Shown here piece after piece: positions 36,210 to 47,465 of a DNA stretch of 64,000 bases (position 1 is the stretch's first letter; each line of letters starts with the position of its first letter). Under the pieces are notes generated by a model. The model did no database searches. It had not been told where the DNA came from and saw only the letters and a list, made by a program, of their open reading frames with translations. The translations under genes were made by a program, and so were the position numbers. The stretch is from Adineta vaga. Its lineage: Eukaryota > Animalia > Rotifera. Location of the stretch: positions 13,826,001 to 13,890,000 of the forward strand of contig CP075492.1 in the NCBI GenBank assembly GCA_021613535.1, written 5' to 3'.

Positions 36210-39200
36210 CTTTGGAACAAACTAATATTGAAACTTTTGTGCAAAATCAAGTTGTCGACTTACTTTGCTTCGAATAGGTTACTTCTGTCTTATCTTTCAC
36301 CGAAAACTACCTTTATTTTATTACTGCGTATATTATGGTTATGGTTTTACCGTTCTTCAACAATGTTGGTAGGCCATACAATCAGACGCTTAAAAAGAAA
36401 GTTTATAACATCATCAACAAATATATAGAGAGCTACTATAGAAATAAAAAACAAGATATTCGATTGTAGCAAAAAATTTGCTCAGTGCTTTACGAACAGT
36501 TGCCTAACTGATAGATGCTATTAGAAAATAAACGTTGATCAGCTATCAATATGCGAATTACTCAATGCTACGTGTACTAAACATAATTAGTGAAAATGTA
36601 TAAAGATTATTATTTGTATATTTTGTCTCTACTTTATCCTTTCTTGGTGCCATTATGAATGATTATACTGTTCGCTATTTTCTACCGAATACGTTTTTAC
36701 ACATCATTTCGAAAGATTTATACAAGACTAGCAAACATTTGATGATAAGATCTATTTGTTTTTAAAGTGTTCTTTGTTTCAGTTGTGAATATGTGCAGTA
36801 TCTTTGTTTTATTTCTATGAAGATAAGATGATCAAACATTGTCGTCAAACAGGTGAGTTACGACTATGTCAGCGAAAATCTTTGATTTTTAAATAATAGT
36901 TTCAAACTATGCATGTTACTATTTGAAAAGGAGAATAATTGATGTGCATAATAGACGCTTATTTCACATCTGTATGCTAAATAAACCTATATTTTGTATA
37001 ACTCATATAAGAACATACGGCAATTTCTAACGAATAACATAGAAATTCAAGCACACAAAAGTAAAGTTTGATGGTATTTGTCTCATAGTATAGACAATTT
37101 CAACATTTCAGTAAACGGATTTAGCTATAGAAGATGAATCAGGAATAGTTTCTTCTAGTACGCGTGCTTACACCACTTTCACTCATCTTAGCTTTTGCTT
37201 CTTCATGTACAAGTATATAAGTTTAAGTTCCAAGATATCTATTATGCTACACATTCTTCTTAGAAACCCAATAAATTTCTTATTCAACGCATCATCTCTG
37301 AATCTGTATTGTAACGTGTTGATTTTCTTCTTCCGATTTTGCATGAATATGATTTATGATCGTAAAACATTCATTTTATCAGAAAAGAACACTCTAAATG
37401 TTAAACTACGGTTTTTATCTTCGCCTCTCTCGTTTTACCCTCCTGTGCAAATAAAAAGTACGATACATATCGAATGCTATTTACTGACATTTTTGTTTGC
37501 TTTTCTCGTCTCAATTCTACGTGCATAGTGTCAGTTAAAAAACTAAAGTTGAAAATTTTACTATTGACAAGCTTGTGTGTAATTCCTGTTAATCTGTTCG
37601 AACGAATACACATCTTGTCTGATGCATTGAAGAGGTGTCAAACTTTCTTGTGACAGTCATACTATCTGATTGTATCTATAATTGATTGTCTATGCTAATT
37701 GTTTTTCTTCACAAAAAAAAATGATTAAAATTATTTCGAAATTATATTGGCTCTTGATTTACCAGAGCTAGACAATATATGACATCATAATCAAAGTTTG
37801 TTCGTTTTTTCTCGGCTTTTCTGACCTCTAAATTCAAACACCAGTTGTTTATATATTAACATCCAGTAGTATATTACTTTCTCGGGAAGTAAGGAAAAGT
37901 ACCGTTCACCATTCTCTCATTTTGACGCTTTAATTATATTTTTTTTCTTTTTTTTAAGCGTTTGAAGAAAGATTCTTATAGGTTAATGTATTCAAAAAAC
38001 TTCGTAAAGAACGACAAAAAATCGGCGGAACAATGTAAAAAAATGAGCGAAAGAAAAGTGAATAGGGAAGCACCATAGTAGTTTTTACTTGAAAGATTTT
38101 TTACAAAATTGAAGAAATGTGAAGTAGAATGTGAGGATGTGTAATATCATTATGATTTATCAACGTGGTAAGGCACAGTTACATTCTATATGTACAATAA
38201 CAAGCTACCACACATAGCTTATCGACTTTAAAACATTCGAAAGGTAAAGTACACCACAACTAATACTACCAATAAGAATACGTAATGTAATTCGAAACCA
38301 AAAAAAAAGACTATAGCCTAATTAAATTTCATGTAAATAAAAGAAAGTTTCTTAGTCAAAAAGAATTTTTTATGAGTAAAAGAGAACGAATAATATATTT
38401 AAATACGCTGTTACGATATAAGGTAAGCGTCGTAAATTTTTCCGACAGTCTAGTAGTATTTTATTGCCTTGATTGTTTCTTTAGAGTTCATACATATATG
38501 AGATTGAGTTTTTTCATTCTTTTATTGATCCTGTAATGATGTCTACAGCGACGTATGTTGTTACCACTTCGTTCTTTAAATGTTGTTGGCATGCCTTCTT
38601 TTCAAATTGTTTGAGTTTTCTGTATCTATATACTTTCATTTGATTTTTTTTTCGTTGTCACTATGAATATAGTGATTGTAAACAACGACTGCATCGACAA
38701 AACCAATCAGTTATTATGCATCGTTATACTAAGAGCTTTCGAATTTTTCTAAAACCCTAATTTTTTTCGTTGGAACACTGATGTCATATTTTTAGTGCAA
38801 TAGAATGAGAGGAAAAGAAGAATAGTCATCTTTACAAGATTCATTGTAATCATATTTAGTTTGAATCAAATTATATATGACTATATCATTGACGAAAAGA
38901 GACTATTATATCTTTCACTTAGAAAATTAGATGTATCACATGAATCGATAACGATAGGAATTTTCTAGTTAATAATGAATGCATTTCAATTTATTTTTAG
39001 ACACTACCTTGGTTTAATTTTTAATTATTATTGAAAACGATTTTGTCTGCAACCATTCGTCACTGTATCATTTTAATTTTCTAGGAATGTTCAGAAATCT
39101 ATTCTTAATTAAAAGTTGTTTTTTTCACATTAAACTTTCTGGAATGGTTTGAGTTGCAGTTCTTGTAACAGTTTCATACTCGTTTATTTTGCTCTATTCT

Positions 39201-39439
39201 GATTTTTCGTCAAACATTTTCGCCATTTTAACCGATACTAGGGCATAGTAAGAATTACCGAAAGTTTTCACAGATTCCACCGATGGAACAATAAAGCGAA
39301 ATTACTTTCTAATTTTCATTTCGCATATTTTACTTACTAGGTGAATAATGTCCTGATGCTTTCTTTAGTCTATTTCTATTACAGATAAGATATTCAATAT
39401 TAGCGAATTAATATCAACTTTGTAAAACAATAAAGGAAA

Positions 39440-40387
39440 ATGCCTAATACTCTGGAAATCTGTTCAGATTTAGAAGAAATAAAAGAAAAAGCTTCAATAC
39501 CAAAAATAATTGTTATTGGTGGTGGAGGACTACGAAAAACCACACTTGTGAATAATTTGACGGGCTCCACATTTCCAATTAGTAACACAAGTGAAGATGG
39601 CACGTTCAACTTCCAAGGTGCAACAATAGATTCAGATGGAGAAAAAATATTAATTGTTGATTCACCTGGCTACAGACTAAATGAAGATAGATGGTGGAAT
39701 GGAGTAATGTTAATAAAAAATATAATTGGAGTCGTCATCGTGCATAATTATGAAGAACGTAACAGTGGGTATGGAAATTTTGGTTATGTACTTGCATTTT
39801 TAAATGGTCAACAAAATACAAAAGTAATCAAATTTTCAAGCGATCATTCAAAAAATATTGAACGTAATAATTATATGCATGGTAGTGTTAAGATCAAACA
39901 CAAAGAAATCGCTTCAGTCGCTTCGAAAGTAAAATCTTGGATACAAAAGTTAGATAGAAGTTCAATAGAAATTACATCACCTATTCGTTTAATCGAACAA
40001 TATAAAAAAAGCGTTGAAAAAGTTACACAATTAGAAAAACAAATTGAACAAGTACGTTCAAACCATACAGAAGCCATTTCAACATATCAAATCAAAATTC
40101 ATGACATAAAAGAAGAAACTAAAAGGGTGACAGCTGAGAAAAAGATAGCTGTCAAAATGCACGAAGCGTTACAAAATAAATTAGAAGAACTACCAGGAAA
40201 GTTAGCACATTTCGACCCGCATTCTCAAGGCTATCTATCAGACAGTCCCGGCATGCTTCATCACTCATTTGCATGGTTACCTATCGCTGGTAATTATTAT
40301 TTAAGATCTTTACAAAAAAGAGCGAATACAGATCATCAAATCGCTCTTGAAATCATTAATATGAGAAAACGAAGAAGACAAGACTGA
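39440..40387 (+). CDS. P-loop GTPase-like (AIG1/septin-like) domain plus coiled coil, degenerate Walker A
   Basis: IIVIGGGGLRKTTLVNNLTG, ILIVDSPG (G3), heptad-rich C-terminal half. Confidence 0.7.
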   Translation: MPNTLEICSDLEEIKEKASIPKIIVIGGGGLRKTTLVNNLTGSTFPISNTSEDGTFNFQGATIDSDGEKILIVDSPGYRLNEDRWWNGVMLIKNIIGVVIVHNYEERNSGYGNFGYVLAFLNGQQNTKVIKFSSDHSKNIERNNYMHGSVKIKHKEIASVASKVKSWIQKLDRSSIEITSPIRLIEQYKKSVEKVTQLEKQIEQVRSNHTEAISTYQIKIHDIKEETKRVTAEKKIAVKMHEALQNKLEELPGKLAHFDPHSQGYLSDSPGMLHHSFAWLPIAGNYYLRSLQKRANTDHQIALEIINMRKRRRQD

Positions 40388-40532
40388 TTTATATGTTCAA
40401 AACGTTTTCAATGGACAGGTGGCGAGTAGTGTAGAAATCGTCAACTCGATTCGAGTATTAAACTTATATGTATAGAAGTCGAAATTTCGAGTTTTAAAGT
40501 TTTCAACCTCCACACTTTCCTCCTTGCCTTCC

Positions 40533-40558
40533 AACACCCACACCCACACCCACACCCT
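40533..40558 (+). repeat. Interstitial (CCCACA)n = (TGTGGG)n telomere-like repeat
   Basis: acacccacacccacacccacaccct; related copies at ~41490-41508 and ~62044-62092. Confidence 0.75.
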
Positions 40559-40787
40559 CAAATTTGTTGATCTGTTCAAGTTCGGTATAACTACACGTTC
40601 AAATTCTTTTAATACTTTGATAAACGTTATAGGAGATTTTGTTTGATCGATAATTTTTCCAAATAAATCCTCGTTCTGCATGTCGCCATATAAAATCGTT
40701 GCTACTTCCTCATTTGAAATGATACAATCTTTAATACATACAAATTTCAAAAAAATATCAACAAAAGAATCATAATTTGTGAATTAT

Positions 40788-41040
40788 CCCAGGTCGAACA
40801 ATCCAGCTCGGAACTGACAGGTTCCAGCACCTTCCGAGGATTTCATGGAAGCAGTGTTCCAGATCGGAATTCGTCGGACGAAATCCGTTCGTTTCCGGTC
40901 ATATCCTCACGGTGAACATCGTAATGATGCGGAAAAAAACCTAAAACTTCCGTCCATGACCGAAAAATCGGAAACCGAAAGGAAATTATCAGACCCCGAA
41001 CAGATTTTCCGCACAATTCCGATCCTTTTTTTTACCTGGC
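40788..41040. mobile_element. MITE-like element with imperfect CCAGGT...ACCTGG termini
   Basis: GC-richer ~250 bp island rich in CGGAA/TTCCG; the left end ccaggtcgaacaatccagctcggaa loosely mirrors the right end ttccgatccttttttttacctgg. Confidence 0.55.
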
Positions 41041-41078
41041 CTATCATTATTGCAAAATAGCTTACAGTCCTATTCGCA

Positions 41079-41288
41079 TACTCGTTCGCCAACTAAGAGT
41101 GCGTTCGCCGTATTGTGTAATGGATTTTTGCGAGAATTAGAATCGGATATTCGAGAGAATTATAGTCGGATTTTTATTCCAACCCTCAAGTTCTTTTCGA
41201 GGAGCATTATCCACTACTCCCAATCATTTTCATGGAGGTTTCCAAGCAGATTAATAATCCGATTTTAATCCTCTCAAAAACCGAGTAG
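41079..41288. mobile_element. Second MITE-like element with TACTCG...CGAGTA ends
   Basis: tttttgcgagaattagaatcgga (~41125) is an imperfect inverted copy of tccgattttaatcctctcaaaaa (~41258). Confidence 0.4.
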
Positions 41289-42043
41289 CTGCCTAATTCG
41301 ACTTACAATATAAATGCAGAAATCTATATATTCCTATACATCTATAGAACCAGATAGGAATAGATTTAGATATACATTTACGTAGGTACCCATGTTAAAT
41401 TCATACATGTCAAGCTTGAAATTTATATTCAATTGAAAAAAGAATTTCAATTGAAACTTTTGAATTCAAGTTTCAAATGAGACCATTCCGCACACCCACA
41501 CCCACCCTTCAAGATAATAAACAAAATTATGATGCATTTTTTATGGAAATTCAGTGTTATATTATATCGTTGAAGTTGTTGTTCGAATTATGCTACAGAT
41601 TTAATACTTATATTTAAAAAATAATCACTTGGAATAGTATAGTTTGATTTCGAAACCAACAAATAGTGTTGATGGTAATGATGAACCATCTCTCATTTCA
41701 TTATCTTATACAGAAGAAAAAAAACAGAAAGAATTTATTTTATTAATTTTAAAAATTTCAGTTGATCTGGAATTTATTATTGTTCCAATAACAAGTGCTT
41801 GTGAACAATTCTATAAGCTTTCTTTGCGTAGATTTATTTTTATCAAACGGTTAATAAAGGTGTATCATGATGATATTCACTTGAAACAGTTTGAATGTTA
41901 AATATATATGTTACTGTGTAGTTAGACTTATATTATTAGAATAAGAAAAACGTATGGTTGAGTATTTAGGATAGAAAACGTTTTTTGTTTGCCGACTTCT
42001 TACATGTATTGCAATGGAAGAATCAGACAACATTTTTTTAAAA

Positions 42044-45000
42044 TTAAAACGCATCAGAAGAATCTGTGGAATTTTGTTTATTGCGCAGATGGTCCACCAA
42101 CTTTTGATTCTCTTTCACCTCCGAATGATCAGGACCATAAGCTAAACGAGCACTTTTAACGGACCGTTCAGCATGCTTAAGTGCAGCTTCACAGTTTCCT
42201 AGATCTTCGAATGTTCGTGCCGTGTTGTAATACATAATAGCCATCGATGCATGATTGGGAGATGATAATGTTTCTTGAACTTTGAGTGATTTTTCATAAA
42301 ACTTCACAGCAATGGATTTATTTTCCATTGATGAATATATTGAGGCAATACCACTATAGAGCGAAACTAGTGATGGATCGTTCCATGGCAGTTTTTTCTC
42401 TCGAATAGCTAGTGCTTTTTCATAATAGTAAAGCGCACTTTTTTTGTCTTCTGTTTTTGTATATGCAACAGCAATATTGTTGTAGATAGTTGCTAGCTCA
42501 AGATCGTCTGAGGATGAAGATTTCTCACGAATGGTAATAGATTTTTTATAAAATTCTATTGCTTTCTCATAGTCTTTCATTGAATAATAAATCGACGCAA
42601 TACTGGAATGATTTGCAGCCTGTATCGGCTCATTATTTGCGTCGGATTTTTCCGGATTGCTACTGCTTTCTTGTAATATCGCAAAGAATTTGATTCATCA
42701 TTAATCCAACTGTAGGCAACAGCAATATTGTTGTAATTAGTTGCTAATTCTGAATTGTCTTCGGATGAACTTGATTGCTCACGAATGGCGATCGATTTCT
42801 TATAAAACTCGATTGCTTTCTCATAGTCTTTTAGTGCACTATGTTTTGCTGCCATGCTAGAATAAGTCGCTGCTAGCGTGGAATCATCAGCAGGGAGCGT
42901 TCTTTCTCGGATTGCTACTGCTTTCTTATAATATCGCAAAGAATTTGATTCATCATTAATCCAATTGTAGGCAACAGCAATATTGTTGTAATTAGTTGCT
43001 AATTCTGAATTGTCTTCCGATGGACTAGATTGCTCACGAATGGCGATCGATTTCTTATAAAATTCGATTGCTTTCTCATAATCTTTTAGTGCACTATGTT
43101 TTGCTGCCATGCTAGAATAAGTCGCTGCTAGCGTGGAATCATCAGCAGGGAGCGTTCTTTCTCGGATTGCTACTGCTTTCTTATAATATCGCAAAGAATT
43201 TGATTCATCATTAATCCAATTGTAGGCAACAGCAATATTGTTGTAATTAGTTGCTAATTCTGAATTGTCTTCCGATGGACTAGATTGCTCACGAATGGCG
43301 ATCGATTTCTTATAAAATTCGATTGCTTTCTCATAATCTTTTAGTGCACTATGTTTTGCTGCAATACTGGAATAAGTTGCTGCCAGTGTACAATCGTTAG
43401 CGGGAAGAATTGTTTCACGAATAGTTAGTGCTTTCCTGTAATATCGAAGTGCATTTGGCTCATCATCCATCCAACTGTATGCATTGGCAATATTATTATA
43501 ATTGGTAGCTAACTCAGCATCATCTCTTGTCGATGATTTTTCTCGGATTGTACTGGCTTTTTTGTAAAACAAAACGGCATTTGAATAATCCTTCAGATCA
43601 AAATAGACCGAAGCAACATTGTTGTAACTCGTGGCGAGTATTAAATCATCAGAAGACAACTTCTTTTCTCGTATTGCTAAAGCCTTTTGGTAGTATCGAA
43701 GAGCATTTGATTTCTCATTCGTCCAACTATAGGTTGCACCAATATTGTTGTAGTTAGTTGCCAGTTCGAGGTCATCTGTTGAAGAAGACTTTTCACGTAT
43801 ATGAGCTGCTTTCTTATAGAATGACACTGCTTTTGCATAATCCTTCATATTAAAATATACCGAAGCGATATTGCTATACGTCGAAGCAAGTATTAAACTG
43901 TCTGAAGACAATTTCTTTTCTCGAATCACACATGCTTTCTCGTGAAATTCAAGTGCTTTCGAGTATTCTTTCATAGAATTATATACTAATCCGATATTAC
44001 TATACGAAGTGGCTATATCTCGATGATCTTCAGGAAGTAGTTTTTGTTCAATCGCAAGTGATTTCTCGTAATAGGAGAGTGCCTTCTCATGTTCGTCCAT
44101 TGCATCATAAGTTAACCCAAGGCTGTTATATATCATAGCGAGATCACGATTCTCTGAAAAAGAAGATTTGTTCTGTATTTTGAGTGCTTTTTCGAAGAAC
44201 GAAAGAGCAACGGTATATTCTTTCATTGCATGATGTGTGGATCCAATCTTGCTATAGGTTGTAGCTGCTTTATTTGACTGACGAAGCTGTGGATTGTTCT
44301 GACAAATGTCACATGCTTTTTGATACATTGAAAGTGCTGTCGAGTAGTCTTTCATCGAGTGATAAACGGATCCGATATTATTGTATGAAGTGACGAGTGA
44401 TGGATGGTTGGGAGGCAATGTAGTTTGTTCCATTTCAAGTGACTTTTTGTAAGATGCTAACGCTTTTTCATGATCATTCATCGAACTATAGATTGTGCCA
44501 AGATTATTATAACTAATAGCTGTATCAGGATGATTTGGAGAAAGTGACCGTTCCCGATTCTTCAGCGCCTTTTGATAATATGTCAAAGCAGTTGAGTTGT
44601 CTTCCATCGATCTATAAACAGATCCAAAATGGTCGTACGTATTAGCAAAACTTGAATGATTTTTTGGAAAAGCTTGTGTTTGAATCTCAAGTGCTTTTGC
44701 GAAATATGAAAGCGCTTGAGAATAATCACACATATCGTGGTATACTGAGCCGAGACAATTGTATGTACTGGCATTATCTGGATGATTAGCAGGAAGAGAT
44801 AGTTCTCGAATTTGTCGTGCTTTTTCATAATATTCCAGTGCTTTCTTTTTGTCACCCAGTGAACTATGAATGGATCCAAAATTGCCATAGCTTGTAGCTA
44901 AATCTGGATGTTTAGGAGGTAGCGATTTTTTTCGAATATCAAGCGACTTTTTCGAATATTCGAGAGCCTTGGAGTAATCACCCATATCTTGATGGAGTCC

Positions 45001-46875
45001 ACTTATATTACCATACATCGTGCCAAAATCAGGATGATTAGATGGTACTGACTTTTGGCGTATCTCGAGAGCTTTTTCATAGAAAGAAAGTGCCTTGTTA
45101 TAATCTGCTAATAGTCGATGGACTAAACCGATATTGCCATAGGTTGTGGCAAGTAAAGGATCATCTGGAGGAAGATGTTTCTCTTCTATATCTAGTGCTT
45201 TTTGATACGACGACAGAGCAGATTTATAATCACTTAAGGATTGATACACTCCAGCAATATTATTATATGTTGTTGCCAGTGATGGATCATCAGCTCCCAC
45301 GACAGCTATTTTACTTCGCAGGGCCTTATCATAGTATGCAAGTGCGGTCTTGTAATCACCTTTTGCACTAAATACATATCCCAGTTGATGATTAAGATGA
45401 AAATGCTTATTTGCGTTCTCTTCATCGGTTGAGTCGACTTGTGTGCCATAAATATCATGCGCTTGATCAAATTCACCCATTTTCAACATCAAATGACCAA
45501 GTCTACTTAGTAGATCGCCCTCACCAAGTTCGTTTCTCATATAATCACCCAAAAGTTTCAGTTGTGGATCATTGTCACTTGTAAGAGATAGATTGACTTG
45601 CCAAAATCGTTCTCTAAGTTGCTTAGTACCCATGATTCGAAACACTGTATGCATTGAAAAAAGATTTTCACTTTCGTACTTATACGTACTTTCTTTGTCT
45701 ATGAAAGCAAAAGGTACTGAGGAAATCTTTGGATTGATTTCCATTTGAAAAATAATCGCTACAACATTGATATTCTGATGTGCTTTTTCTGCGAAATATT
45801 GCGAAGTTTTTTCATCTAGCGTTGTTGACAAGAAATTATTGAACGAAAGAAGACCACCTTGACTTGCTCTAATCTTTTCTAATTCTTCAGGTGCCATACC
45901 TTGGCCACGGTAAACTAAGAACTTTTCGTCACCACGCGCTTTTGATTGTTCTCTATGCAACTCTACAATTTGTTCATGAAGATCTTTCACAAAAAAGCCC
46001 ATTTTCATGATTGCTTCAACATCTTGTGTTCTCAATGCTCGATTTAATGATCCGTAAAGAAAAGATTCTTTTGTATACCATGAAATAGCTAGATCAGTCG
46101 TATACTCTACTGCAAATTCATCGATAAGAGACAATTGATAATAACTATCGGCATATTTTGTTTGACAATATTCGATCAGTTTAGTTTTTGCTTCTGAATC
46201 ATGTTTCATTTCGAGTAAGATTTCTTTGAGTAACTGCGTATACATATATGATTGATCTAATTCATTTTCCACTGAGCTTGGAACATCCATTCGACGGATG
46301 ATACTAATCGGTGTCAGACTTCCAACTAGACCACTATCAGCTTTGATCTTTTGAAAGATCTCTTCCATAGTGAACAAGATTTCTTTTACTTTTTGTGAAT
46401 ATTTATTAGCCCAAGGTAAACGTTGTCGTTTTGTTTCACTAAATATATAAATAGCTTCAACCTGTGGTTTATCATGGATGAGTGGCAGGAGTTCTTCTCC
46501 AAGAGAATCTGATACGATAAGAAAAATCTTCTTATCATGAATATTGTCGACATGGTTGACACATTGTTTGGAATTAGTACATGTATAGATTGCAGGTGTA
46601 ATACGTTGCAGTTTTGTCATGGAATCTTGATACAACTTTTCCGATAAGTTGAGCTTAGGATCTACCCAAATAATAACAATATTTTGATTTACGACGTTTG
46701 TTGCATGTATAGAAGGATTTTTAAGCTTTTTATGTCCCGATGATGATGTTTTATTATTTGGTTGCTCTGAAGTATTAGTGGACGGTTGCTCTTCAATCTC
46801 ATTATGATTTGAATCGTGTTCGATTACCAATGAAATAAAATCCTCTTTGGAATTCTTGCTTTTCATACACCCCAT
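42044..46875 (-). CDS. ART-TPR paralogue (copy B), ~1610 aa if the 1-nt frameshift at ~42650 is corrected
   Basis: MGCMKS start; same architecture as copy A; restoring CGG GAA AAA TCC joins both ORFs (IREKSDANNEPIQAANHSSIASIYYSMKDYEK). Confidence 0.9.
42652..43360 (-). repeat. Near-perfect 255 bp (85 aa, two-TPR) tandem repeat, ~2.8 copies
   Basis: cggattgctactgctttctt recurs at ~42653, ~42908 and ~43163. Confidence 0.9.
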
Positions 46876-47465
46876 CTAGAGAGAAATTTTTAACTCACCA
46901 CCTTTATTCTTCTGCAGTAAGATGAATGTGAAGAATAAGAAACAAACATCTTATATACATTATCACTCACTTTTTTTTCATAATGTTTTCCAACTCATAC
47001 CTTACTGAAGATAAGCAGATAAATTGTTTATCAAAGGAGTGGTAATCTTTTCTCCGAAAAACAAACTATTGTCGTAAGTCAAGTTAATATTCACGTAAGA
47101 TAAATACGAATCGAAATGTTAAAAAGTATTTATTTAATCCTTTATTACATATGCATAACACCTTAGCATATGTCTAATATGTATGTTCTTGACAATGATA
47201 AAACATAAGTTTTGGTTCTTCATAAGAAGTTTGAAAAGCACCCAAATATCGTATAACATCGACAAATAATAGTTTGTGTTCATATAAACTCGGAGCAAGA
47301 TAAAGAAAATATGATGGTTCTCCATCACCTTCTATCGATTCAAACGATATCGTTCCATGTTTTATTCTCTAGTTTTTAATGAAATCATGTTTATGTTTAT
47401 TTGAAAAATAACGAAAAGAAAATCCTGAGAAATACTTAAAAAAATCACATGAATAAAAAATTATC

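Noticed and set aside
36300-39400. Short ORFs in the long spacer (e.g. 37205-37528)
   Set aside because: AT-rich, no recognisable motifs or consistent splice pattern.
42640-42660. Programmed -1 ribosomal frameshift in ART-TPR copy B
   Set aside because: No X XXY YYZ heptamer in the right frame, and paralogue A is continuous here.
42652-43400. Regular direct repeats as a CRISPR array or satellite
   Set aside because: They are in-frame coding TPR units with no unique spacers, in eukaryotic DNA.
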